A DNA stretch of 64,000 nucleotides from an uncultured bacterium (lineage in GTDB: Bacteria > Bacteroidota > Rhodothermia > Rhodothermales > DASSAV01): assembly GCA_965365445.1 (NCBI GenBank), contig CBDUBS010000001.1, forward strand, positions 13,669 to 77,668, in the 5' to 3' direction. Positions within the stretch are counted from its first letter, which is position 1. Each line of letters starts with the position of its first letter. Positions 48,918 to 57,495 of the stretch are shown here, piece by piece. A program made the translations under genes and the position numbers. Under the pieces are notes generated by a model. It saw only the letters and a program-made list of their open reading frames with translations, was not told the origin of the DNA and made no database searches.

Positions 48918-49889
48918 ATGATAACGATCCCTCCATCATTACGACTCGTCCTGCCTCTGGCAAGCCTGCTTCTTCTTTTCACGGTCGGCGCCTGTGACTC
49001 GGTGGATTCCGCTGCGGATACCGATCTCGATACGATTGATTTGTCAGCCGTTGCGACCGGTCTGGCCGAGGATCTGTCGCTGTCGAAGACGTCATCGGAG
49101 GCGTTGCAGACGGTTATGGTACGGCATCAGCCGGCCACGAAGCAGCCGGGGTACCTCTGGTCTCTGGCGGCAGAGCTGCAACAAAAACTGACGGCAGAGG
49201 AGAAAGCAAAGCTGTTCCAGAAGCTCGACCGGAATGCGTGGCATCCGTTCGGAGTTCAGCATAAGCTTATGTTCTTAAATACCCTGCACGAAGCTTATCT
49301 ACCCCGGTTCGTCCATTTGCTGGCTCTCACCGAGGATCAAAAGGCCCGGATCAAAGAGATAGAGCTTACCTACGCACCCGATTTCAAGAAGCTCAGGGAC
49401 GACCTCCGGGCGGGCGCCATCACGCCGGAAGTATTCCATCAGTTGGCGGAAGAGTTGCGTGGTATGGTACGGGACCTCATTCACGATGTCCTGACGGAAG
49501 AACAGAAAGCCAAACTGGAAGAACTGCTCGAACGGGCAAACGAGAAGGCAGAGGATCGTAAAGACCTGATTATCGAGCGGCGTGAAGCGGCCTTTGGCGT
49601 AATGGTAGATGTGCTCGATCTGACCAATGCCCAGGTCGCCGGGCTGAAGTCGCTTCAGGCTGAACTGAAAGAACAGCGTAAGGCGTTATTCGCCCAGTAT
49701 CGTTCGGGGGCAATTACCCGCACGGCGCTCGCCGAGAGCCTGAAAGCCCTGCATGAACAAACGCAAAAACAGATGGAAACGCTGATCAACGATCCTGTAA
49801 AATGGGAAATCGTTCTGATACACAGGGCGCTTTCCATCCGGCTGGCCTACCATCGCTGGCATAAAGACGGATTCAAAATGGCCCGTTAG
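48918..49889 (+). CDS. Spy/CpxP-like LTxxQ-repeat periplasmic lipoprotein
   Basis: Lipobox LLLFTVGAC. Repeated LTxxQ motifs (LTEDQKARI, LTEEQKAKL, LTNAQVAGL, plus LTAEEKAKL). At 323 aa it is about twice the Spy/CpxP length. Confidence 0.55.
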   Translation: MITIPPSLRLVLPLASLLLLFTVGACDSVDSAADTDLDTIDLSAVATGLAEDLSLSKTSSEALQTVMVRHQPATKQPGYLWSLAAELQQKLTAEEKAKLFQKLDRNAWHPFGVQHKLMFLNTLHEAYLPRFVHLLALTEDQKARIKEIELTYAPDFKKLRDDLRAGAITPEVFHQLAEELRGMVRDLIHDVLTEEQKAKLEELLERANEKAEDRKDLIIERREAAFGVMVDVLDLTNAQVAGLKSLQAELKEQRKALFAQYRSGAITRTALAESLKALHEQTQKQMETLINDPVKWEIVLIHRALSIRLAYHRWHKDGFKMAR

Positions 49890-49911
49890 GCGACCGGTTT
49901 GATCTGAAAGC

Positions 49912-49948
49912 CCGAGGGGGGCGCGCCGGATCGGCGCGCCCCCCTCGG
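49912..49948. terminator. Perfect GC-rich hairpin between convergent genes (putative bidirectional terminator)
   Basis: CCGAGGGGGGCGCGCCG-gat-CGGCGCGCCCCCCTCGG, a 17-bp perfect stem with a 3-nt loop. It lies 22 nt after the 49889 stop and 24 nt after the 49973 stop. There is no flanking U-tract, so the terminator role is inferred. Confidence 0.45.
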
Positions 49949-49972
49949 CGCTCCACGCCTTGCCAATCGAGG

Positions 49973-50782
49973 TTACGACCGGGCTGCCGAGGCCGTCTCC
50001 GAACCGCTCCATGCCCGATTGAGGCGTTCGATCATTTCGTGCTCCGTAGCGTCCATCTCGCCGTCGGCCGTAGCGATACACAGCAAATCATCCAGCAAAG
50101 CGGAGCGCTGATGAGCCGGAATGGACATTTTGACCGCATCGACCGACTCGGCAAAAAGGCGCTCATCGGGCCCCTGCACGACCACCGTCAGAGCGGTCTG
50201 GATTATTTCCCTGATATCCTCTTCGTCGCCGGAGGGCACCCATTCGTTGATTTTTTTCGCAATGGTATCTGTTTCCGCCTCAGTCAGGGAGGCTCCGGTG
50301 CACTGGGCAAGCGTAATATAAATCAGGGCCAGATCGTGCAATAACGACCAGTTGTCCGCTCTACCCTCTTCCCGGAGCAGGCTCCACGGCTTTTCCTCCT
50401 CCGGATTCGCCAGGCGCAACTCCCATACTTGAGCCAGATTTCCGATAAACGAGCTCTCCCGGAACAGAAAGCGGTCGTCTGCCATTGCGATCTCCATGAG
50501 GTCGTCCAGGATCAACCTGCGCTGTTCGATAGGCAGTGCTTCCCGGACGGCATCGATGGAACGAAGCACCTGTTTCTCCGCGCCGTCCTGCGTATACTCA
50601 TCCAGCGCCTTCTTCAAGGCAGCCAGAACGGTTTCCGTCTTAATGTGTTGCCAGCCGCGGAGGCGCTCCGCAATGGCATTGACTTCCTCTTCGCTCAACT
50701 GCTCGTCGGTACTGTGCGCGAGCGCTATGTAAATCAGGGCGAGATGATGCAGCACCTGTTCGTTATCCGTAGTCGGTTCCAT
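49973..50782 (-). CDS. Tandem TerB-like/DjlA-N-like domain protein
   Basis: Two internal repeats, each starting LHxLALIYI(A/T)LA...E and ending LDDLMEIAMADDRF... or LDDLLCIATADGEMDATEHEMI. Start was taken at MEPTTDN (track 50893). Confidence 0.45.
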   Translation of the reverse strand: MEPTTDNEQVLHHLALIYIALAHSTDEQLSEEEVNAIAERLRGWQHIKTETVLAALKKALDEYTQDGAEKQVLRSIDAVREALPIEQRRLILDDLMEIAMADDRFLFRESSFIGNLAQVWELRLANPEEEKPWSLLREEGRADNWSLLHDLALIYITLAQCTGASLTEAETDTIAKKINEWVPSGDEEDIREIIQTALTVVVQGPDERLFAESVDAVKMSIPAHQRSALLDDLLCIATADGEMDATEHEMIERLNRAWSGSETASAARS

Positions 50783-50959
50783 AATAGTCGGATCGGTTGA
50801 GTGAGATGCATACAAGCCATACAGGAACGGTGTCCTTGATGGCGTAATCTCATAGTGCCGGCGAATGATCCCTTGAAAGCCGAAACGTAACACGGATCAT
50901 GGCCCTACATAAAGCGGCGCCCCTCCGGAAAGAAGCGCCCCGCTACCGACGGCGGAACA

Positions 50960-51664
50960 TCATCCAATAAACTTATATCCGATCCCGTACACCGTTTCGA
51001 TATACTCGGGGTGGGTGGCGTCTTTCTCCAGTTTCTTGCGGAGCGAAGCCACATGACGATCGATCGTACGGGTAGTTATATCGCCGCTGATGCCCCACAC
51101 GTCCCGCAGTAATTGCTTGCGGCTTACGGTTCGCCCTCGGTGCTCTATGAAATACCGCAAAATATCGAACTCGAGCGAGGTGAACTGGATTTGCTCGTCG
51201 TTCCGATGGGCCGTATGGTTGGAGAAATTGACCTTCGCGTCACCGAACGAATAGACGTCCATGGGAGTATCGGAGGGCGTGCGGCTCCGCTTCAGTACGG
51301 CTTTGACCCGCGCCGCCAGTTCGTCGGCGCTGAAGGGTTTGGTTACATAATCGTCGGCGCCGAGACCGAATCCATGGAGCTTATCCTCTTCCTGCCCGCG
51401 CACCGTAAGCATCAGAACCGGAGAGGCCACACCTGCCTTCCGCGCCTCACGAAGAACGTCAAAGCCATTTTTCTTCGGGAGCATTACGTCCATCAGCACG
51501 ATATCATAGGCCGGAAGCATCGTCATGAGTTGCAAGGCGTGCTCTCCTTCGAGCGCCCGCGAAACGTTGAAGCCTTTGAGTGCAAAGAAGTCCTCCAATC
51601 CCATCCCCACCTCCGGATCATCCTCCACGATGAGCATACGAGTCGAAAGCGTCGGGGTATTCAT
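50960..51664 (-). CDS. OmpR-family response regulator (no adjacent kinase)
   Basis: Receiver (LIVEDDPEV, VLMDVMLP, TKPF) plus winged-helix output (LTSLEFDILRYF...TRTIDRHVASLRKKL...ETVYGIGYKF). Start was taken at 51664. Confidence 0.9.
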   Translation of the reverse strand: MNTPTLSTRMLIVEDDPEVGMGLEDFFALKGFNVSRALEGEHALQLMTMLPAYDIVLMDVMLPKKNGFDVLREARKAGVASPVLMLTVRGQEEDKLHGFGLGADDYVTKPFSADELAARVKAVLKRSRTPSDTPMDVYSFGDAKVNFSNHTAHRNDEQIQFTSLEFDILRYFIEHRGRTVSRKQLLRDVWGISGDITTRTIDRHVASLRKKLEKDATHPEYIETVYGIGYKFIG

Positions 51665-51936
51665 AGGTATACCAGATTGGGAGATAAAGGTCTGTAGTGT
51701 GCTATTTATCGTGTTTTGATGTTGGAAACGGGCGCAAATCGTGACAAAATTGTAATTCGTGCTACCGGGCCGGTCAGGGGGGCAGGACGCGCAAGGTATG
51801 GAACCGTAGTGTACTACTCTTCCTTTTGCTGCCAGTATCTGCCGGCAAAAAGGCGTTCTCCCGGATCGCATCACGCATTGCTTCGTTATGCATTTGGAGG
51901 GGCGGCCTGTCCATTCGCTTTCATTTTTCGATTTCC

Positions 51937-52140
51937 ATGTCAGGTTTTGATGTCATCATCGTTCTGGGGCTACTGGGATTTCTTGGCGTAGCCGCTTTGC
52001 TCCTGGTGCCGGTTAACCGTTTTCTGCATCGAGAGGAAATGCGTAGCCGGCAGTGGACGGAAGAAGCCATCAAGAAGCGCGCCCAGGAAAAAGGCAACGG
52101 AACGAACGGCAACCCGTCGCAGAAAGGTACAGTCGGTTAA
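51937..52140 (+). CDS. Small single-TM protein, hypothetical
   Basis: 67 codons. MSGFDVIIVLGLLGFLGVAALLLVPV is followed by a charged tail. Its stop overlaps the comEA stop. Confidence 0.35.
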   Translation: MSGFDVIIVLGLLGFLGVAALLLVPVNRFLHREEMRSRQWTEEAIKKRAQEKGNGTNGNPSQKGTVG

Positions 52141-52640
52141 CGGAACTTCCTGACGACAACCAGCGAGTCGAAGCGTGCCAGCGTTTTAGGTCCGATTCCT
52201 TTTACACGCACGATATCGTCCACCCTCGTGTACGGGCCGTTGGTTTCGCGGTCAGCTACAATCGCCGCGGCAAGCTTCGGCCCGATTCCGGGGAGTTGTT
52301 CGAGTTCGGCAGCCGCGGCGGCGTTCAGGTCGATCGGAAAGGAAGAATCCTGCGCTTCGGTAGTGCTCGGAAACGCAGGCTGAGGCTCCTCCACGGCAGA
52401 GACGAGACCCGTTGCCGTAGCGGAGGCATCAGGGTAAAATGGAACCGGCGCAAGTTCAGCCTGAAAATACCGGATCCCGATTCCAAGAAAAAGAAGGCCC
52501 AGCAGGCTCAACACAGCGGACGCCTCAGCCGCGGTAAGCGCCACATAGCGCTGGATCTGTTTCACCCAATCCATAAGACCGACTCCGGAAACAGGCAACT
52601 CTTTCTTTGCCGTGGAGGCCGCAGATGCTGCCTTCGGCAC
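52137..52640 (-). CDS. comEA: ComEA-family helix-hairpin-helix DNA-binding protein
   Basis: N-terminal anchor, then DLNAAAAAELEQLPGIGPKLAAAIVADRETNGPY...VKGIGPKTLARF. Confidence 0.8.
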   Translation of the reverse strand: MPKAASAASTAKKELPVSGVGLMDWVKQIQRYVALTAAEASAVLSLLGLLFLGIGIRYFQAELAPVPFYPDASATATGLVSAVEEPQPAFPSTTEAQDSSFPIDLNAAAAAELEQLPGIGPKLAAAIVADRETNGPYTRVDDIVRVKGIGPKTLARFDSLVVVRKFR

Positions 52641-52691
52641 TTAACCCCGGCGCAGGCGTTTACAGGAGATACGCATCACTCCGAAAATCCC

Positions 52692-53474
52692 ATGATTCGA
52701 CGCTCCGACGCCGTAGTATTGCGTTCGCTAAAATACGGAGAAACCAGCCGGATCGTGACGTTGTTTTCGCGCGATAACGGCAAGATGAGCGTTCTTGCCA
52801 AAGGGGCGCGGCTATCCAAGAGCAAATTCGGCTCTACGTTGCAGCCCATGTCGTACATCCAGGTGGTGTACTATTATAAGCCGTCCCGAACGCTCCAGAT
52901 GCTCAGCGAAAGCACCCACCTTCAACCATTTCACCGCATCCCGAGGGACCTCGATCGGATTACCATCGGACTGCGGCTCGTGGAGCTTACCCACGCCGTT
53001 TTAGAGGAGGAAGAGCGAAATCCACTCATTTTCGAACTGCTCGTCCAGGTGCTGCATTACCTGGACGAAGCAGACCGGCGTTACCGCAACCTTCTTCCGT
53101 TTTTTCAGCTTCGTCTGGCTACTTTCCTCGGCTTCAGCCCTTCTATCGACCGCGAGGCGGTCGCCGGCCTTACGGAGCAGGGCGGCATTCTCGTTCTGGA
53201 TAACGGCGCCATCCTGCCTCCCGAAGCTTCTTCCGCCCGTATGCGGTTGTCGTCCCGTGCCGCCCTGCGTTCGTTTGCCATACTGGCACGGTCGGACCTG
53301 GAAACCAACCTGCGGATGAACCTCTCCGACGAAGTATTTTTCGAGGTGTCTTCTCTGGTAGAAGATTACTTGCAGACGCACCTTCAGGAATCGTTCCCTC
53401 ATCGGACCGAGCGGGTTTTCAGCCAGTTCGATTATCCTCCGGTAGCTCCGACAAGTGCGAGACAAACCCCTTGA
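52692..53474 (+). CDS. recO: DNA repair protein RecO
   Basis: MIRRSDAVVLRSLKYGETSRIVTLFSRDNGKMSVLAKGAR is a typical RecO OB-fold start. It is the C-terminal 260 codons of track ORF 52053..53474. Confidence 0.85.
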   Translation: MIRRSDAVVLRSLKYGETSRIVTLFSRDNGKMSVLAKGARLSKSKFGSTLQPMSYIQVVYYYKPSRTLQMLSESTHLQPFHRIPRDLDRITIGLRLVELTHAVLEEEERNPLIFELLVQVLHYLDEADRRYRNLLPFFQLRLATFLGFSPSIDREAVAGLTEQGGILVLDNGAILPPEASSARMRLSSRAALRSFAILARSDLETNLRMNLSDEVFFEVSSLVEDYLQTHLQESFPHRTERVFSQFDYPPVAPTSARQTP

Positions 53475-53499
53475 CTGCATGTACCGAATATGCTATACT
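53471..53499 (+). promoter_or_regulatory. Sigma-70-type promoter candidate for lexA
   Basis: TTGACT (53471-76), a 17-nt spacer, then TATACT (53494-99), each 5/6 to consensus. The -35 element overlaps the recO stop. It lies about 120 nt upstream of the lexA ATG. Confidence 0.4.
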
Positions 53500-53621
53500 G
53501 TTTCCTACATATCAAACATATAGATCGCTTGCATCCGCTTTGATATTCAACGCGTTCACGGCCCGCTTTCCGATCGCAGGCAGAGCGGGCGGGATTTTCA
53601 GTTTTTGACAGGGAAGGCGCC

Positions 53622-54269
53622 ATGAGCCGCAGACAACTGACCGCCAAACAGCATTCCTTTCTGCATTTCATTTCCCGGTATATCCGGGAAAGGGGGATCT
53701 GGCCGACCTATCGGGAGATAGTGGACCATTTCGGTTTCCGGTCCCCGAATAGTGTAACGCAGAACCTGCAAGCGCTTCACAAAAAAGGCTACCTGAAGCG
53801 CACCATGGACGGGTATGAACTGGTCAAACGTGCGATTGGAGGCGAATCCCTCAACGGCATACCCATCAGGGGTATGATCACAGCCGGCAGGCTACAGGAA
53901 GCCGTTGAGGCGAGTCTCGGCACGATCACGCTAGAGACGCTTTTCCCGAACCTCGATCGCATTTTTGCCATTCGTGTATCGGGTCAGTCGATGAAAGGGG
54001 CCGACATTCATGACGGCGACTATGTACTGCTGATCGATGACGACATTCCGAATGGCGGGATAGGGGCGGTGCTGTACAATGGAGAAACCTCGCTGAAGCA
54101 CATCTATTATGATGAAGCCGGGCTGCGCCTCGAACCGGCCAACTCCGATTATTCCGATATTTACATCAAACCGGATATTTTCGAGGAAGTCAGGATTCTG
54201 GGCAAATACGTGGGGCACGTCAACAAGGAAGGCATATACAAACGCGCGCGCGCCAACCAGGCCGCCTGA
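53622..54269 (+). CDS. lexA: LexA repressor
   Basis: wHTH PTYREIVDHFGFRSPNSVTQNLQALHKKGYL, cleavage/protease half VSGQSMKGADIHDGDYVLL and the catalytic Lys context ETSLKHI. Confidence 0.9.
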   Translation: MSRRQLTAKQHSFLHFISRYIRERGIWPTYREIVDHFGFRSPNSVTQNLQALHKKGYLKRTMDGYELVKRAIGGESLNGIPIRGMITAGRLQEAVEASLGTITLETLFPNLDRIFAIRVSGQSMKGADIHDGDYVLLIDDDIPNGGIGAVLYNGETSLKHIYYDEAGLRLEPANSDYSDIYIKPDIFEEVRILGKYVGHVNKEGIYKRARANQAA

Positions 54270-54359
54270 GAAAAGGCAGGCCGGTTTTTGGTGCTTCCAC
54301 GCGCCGGCGAGATACGACCGGTGCACTCAGTTCCGCGTACTTTCATGCAGGCACGGGGT

Positions 54360-54983
54360 ATGAAAATACCGAGTTGGCGTCAGAATTTGCGTCGCCGTGG
54401 CGGTTTCTGGAAAGACGGGCGGTGGTACGACCTGCACGTCGAACGGCGGATGCCACTCGCCATTCCGATGCTCGAAGAAATGGTTGCGGCTTTGCCTCCG
54501 CTGTGGCCGGGCGCTCGGATTTGCGATCTGGCCTGCGGTACCGGCAACGCCGGTTATATGGTGCTAACCGCCTATCCGCTGATTCATCTCACTTTACTTG
54601 ACGAGGACCCGGCCCTTCTGTCCATCGCGGCCGAAAAGATTACGGAGTATACGCGCGACCTGGTCATCCTCGAAACAACCCTTGCTACCGACAATGCGTC
54701 CATACCGGGCGGCCCGTATGAAATCGTACTGGCCTCTCTGGCGCTTCATGCTATAGTCGGCCACGATCTGGACGCTCCGGAGTCGGAGTCGAGATATGAG
54801 ATCCTGTTGCAGGGTGTTTACGAAGCTCTGACGCCGGGAGGCCATCTTATTATTGGCGACCATGTTGGAGGAATAGGTCTGTACCGGCTGCTCAAAACAC
54901 TCGAACGAGCCGGATTTGCAGATGTGGATTGCGCCTGGAGGCAGGACGACTTCTACGTATGCGGGGGAAGGCGCCCCGAATAA
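54360..54983 (+). CDS. Class I SAM-dependent methyltransferase
   Basis: Motif I ICDLACGTGNAG and LTPGGHLIIGD. Start was taken at the ATG at 54360 (track 54288). Confidence 0.7.
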   Translation: MKIPSWRQNLRRRGGFWKDGRWYDLHVERRMPLAIPMLEEMVAALPPLWPGARICDLACGTGNAGYMVLTAYPLIHLTLLDEDPALLSIAAEKITEYTRDLVILETTLATDNASIPGGPYEIVLASLALHAIVGHDLDAPESESRYEILLQGVYEALTPGGHLIIGDHVGGIGLYRLLKTLERAGFADVDCAWRQDDFYVCGGRRPE

Positions 54984-55111
54984 AACAGGCCGCCCGAAGC
55001 GTAACGATCTCCTGCTAACGGATTCGGGAAGCGCTTCGATTATGCCTTTTCGAGTAGGGGATTGTATCCTATCTATGATCCGGCATCGTTTCCAGAAACC
55101 ATCGTGTACCC

Positions 55112-55798
55112 ATGCGGCTTACTTATTATGGTCATTCGGCCTTCCTGATCGAGACCAAGGGCGTCTCACTGCTTTTCGATCCATTCATTACCGGCAACAA
55201 GCTGGCCGAGAAACATGTAAGCGCCGATGATCTCTCAGCCGACGTAATCCTCCTGACCCATGCTCACAGCGATCACTGGGGGGACACGGTATCCATCGCC
55301 CGGCGCTCCGACGCGCTCGTAGTCGGCAACTTCGAGATCACCCGGTACCTGGCCGAGAAACATGGATACGAGAACATCCGGGACCTCAATACCGGCGGCA
55401 AATGGCGCTTCGACTGGGGAGAGGTCATCCAGACCTACGCCCGGCATTCCAGTTCCTTTCCGGACGGCGCCTACGGTGGGAATCCGAACGGGTACCTTCT
55501 CCACCTCGAAGGTAAATGGATTTATAACACCGGCGACACGTGCCCATTCACCGAAATGAGTTGGATCGGGGAAGATTACCCAATCGAGATGGCGCTCATG
55601 CCGGTCGGAGATTGCTTCACCATGGGGCCTGCCGAATCCCTGCGGGCCATTAAAATGATACGCCCGCGGCGTACGGTGCCTCTGCACTACAACACGTTCC
55701 CGCCCATCGAAATCGACATTCGACAGTGGGCGGTAATGGTTCGTGAGGCCGGGTACGAACCGAACGTATTAGAGCCCGGAGAAACGATCGAATTGTGA
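55112..55798 (+). CDS. UPF0173-family metal-dependent hydrolase (MBL fold)
   Basis: MRLTYYGHSAFLIETKGVSLLFDPFITGN and ILLTHAHSDHWGD. Confidence 0.8.
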   Translation: MRLTYYGHSAFLIETKGVSLLFDPFITGNKLAEKHVSADDLSADVILLTHAHSDHWGDTVSIARRSDALVVGNFEITRYLAEKHGYENIRDLNTGGKWRFDWGEVIQTYARHSSSFPDGAYGGNPNGYLLHLEGKWIYNTGDTCPFTEMSWIGEDYPIEMALMPVGDCFTMGPAESLRAIKMIRPRRTVPLHYNTFPPIEIDIRQWAVMVREAGYEPNVLEPGETIEL

Positions 55799-55865
55799 TG
55801 GCGTATGAGTTAGATGTTACGTAACATAGATCTGAATGTGCGGCCGGTATAGCCGTCTGTAGTCC

Positions 55866-56921
55866 ATGTGGATGTATACGGACGAGCCATTACCAAACGA
55901 CCTACCGGCAATGATGCACCACAACACCCACGCTGCCACCTCTTTGTTGATAGCGACCGGCCTCTGGCTGGCTCTCTGGGTATGCACCCCGGTCGAACAG
56001 GCATCCGCTCAGCGACCGTACCTGACCTATGATCCGTTCAACCGGGGGGAAACGGCCCGTAGAAGCTTTTACGACGGCTATGCGGTAGCAGCGGAAGTCT
56101 CTTACCGCTCCACGGGAACGCTTCAGGAAGGACGCCAGGCCATCAATCCCGGCTTTGGCGTCAGCTTACGTTTCGATTACGAAGTCCTTCCGCACCTGGA
56201 TGCCGGAGCCATCATCGACGCACCGACAGGCAACACCGGACGCACGCTGACGCTCAGCTGGGTCGTCCTGAAGTACTATCAGACGATCGAGAATACGGAC
56301 TATGCCCTTCGGGTAGCCGTGGACCCCTCGATAGACGGCCGCCTCGGTTTCCCTCAGGCCGACATTGCGTTCATATCAACCACCCTGCTATCGCCGGCCC
56401 TTTCGTCGGATTATTCGCTCGGGGTGCGCCACGTCAGGTTGGGATATGAACAGTTCGTACCCCGAAGCGACCCTGAAGCCCCTACCATACCGGAGCCGTC
56501 TACGCGGAACGACATTCTGTTTACGCGCGCCATCGGGTGGGAAATCCACTTCATGATGCAGTATTCGCTGTTGCTGGACCCGGCCAGAAGCAGCGTGTTT
56601 ACTTCCCTGCTGGTGGATCGCGGCCAGTATTCCCTTTTCGAGACCTCACTCCGCCAGTCCAGCCGGGATGCCGCCGGGACCGAAAACAACAAGCCCGGAA
56701 ACGGCGGCGCCTCGCACCAGGATGGTAATTCGGGCAAGAACGATGAATGGGGCCGAGGTTATCAGGGCGGCGCCGTCTGGCTCAGATCCGGTGTGGAGTA
56801 TAATCGGCCCGGCTATCAGCTGCAACCCTTCTTCAGCATCCCACTGACGCAGTGGATTCCGGATGAGGAAGATATTTCGCGAGCACGCCTGAGCGTCGGT
56901 ATCCGGATGATGCTACGGTAG
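55866..56921 (+). CDS. Hypothetical exported (possibly outer-membrane) protein
   Basis: 351-aa ORF with a signal-like SLLIATGLWLALWVCTPVEQASAQ and strand-like alternating segments. No family recognised. Confidence 0.4.
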   Translation: MWMYTDEPLPNDLPAMMHHNTHAATSLLIATGLWLALWVCTPVEQASAQRPYLTYDPFNRGETARRSFYDGYAVAAEVSYRSTGTLQEGRQAINPGFGVSLRFDYEVLPHLDAGAIIDAPTGNTGRTLTLSWVVLKYYQTIENTDYALRVAVDPSIDGRLGFPQADIAFISTTLLSPALSSDYSLGVRHVRLGYEQFVPRSDPEAPTIPEPSTRNDILFTRAIGWEIHFMMQYSLLLDPARSSVFTSLLVDRGQYSLFETSLRQSSRDAAGTENNKPGNGGASHQDGNSGKNDEWGRGYQGGAVWLRSGVEYNRPGYQLQPFFSIPLTQWIPDEEDISRARLSVGIRMMLR

Positions 56922-56934
56922 CCGGGTACACGAT

Positions 56935-57426
56935 ATGCTTGTCGGAATCCTGTCGGACACCCACGGGTATCTACACCCATCCCTGCCGGAAACCCTGACC
57001 GACGTAGACCTGATCCTTCACGCCGGCGACATAGGCAGCCCCGAAGTGCTTGAAGCGCTCGAGTCGGTTGCCCCTACCAGAGCCGTCTGGGGCAACATCG
57101 ACGGGCAGGACGTGCGTAAACGTGTACCTCGTACTCAGTTTCTGGACCTCGATGGGCTATCGGCGTATATGATCCATATCGGAGGTCGGCCCGGCCGGTG
57201 GGATACGGAGGCCGAAGCAGACCTGAACCGGTTACGGCCGGGGCTGTTCGTCTGCGGGCACAGCCACATACTGCGTATCGAGCGGGAGCCGAGCCGGGGT
57301 GGAATGCTGTACCTGAACCCCGGGGCTGCGGGTCGGCAGGGCTTTCACAAAGTCAAGACGTGCGTGCTCTTACACGTAGAAAGGGGAAAGGCCGTGCGAG
57401 CGGACGTCGTTCATCTCGACGAGTGA
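56935..57426 (+). CDS. YfcE/MJ0936-family metallophosphoesterase
   Basis: MLVGILSDTHG, ILHAGDIG, GNID and CGHSH motifs. Confidence 0.8.
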   Translation: MLVGILSDTHGYLHPSLPETLTDVDLILHAGDIGSPEVLEALESVAPTRAVWGNIDGQDVRKRVPRTQFLDLDGLSAYMIHIGGRPGRWDTEAEADLNRLRPGLFVCGHSHILRIEREPSRGGMLYLNPGAAGRQGFHKVKTCVLLHVERGKAVRADVVHLDE

Positions 57427-57495
57427 GTTTCATCTCTTGCGGCTTTTCCCGAAGTTAACCGGGCAACGGCGTGCAGGCTACCCGGACATTTCATC

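Noticed and set aside
52053-53474. 473-aa ORF read as one protein
   Set aside because: Only the last 260 codons (from the ATG at 52692) are RecO. The upstream 213 codons overlap comEA on the opposite strand and look non-coding.
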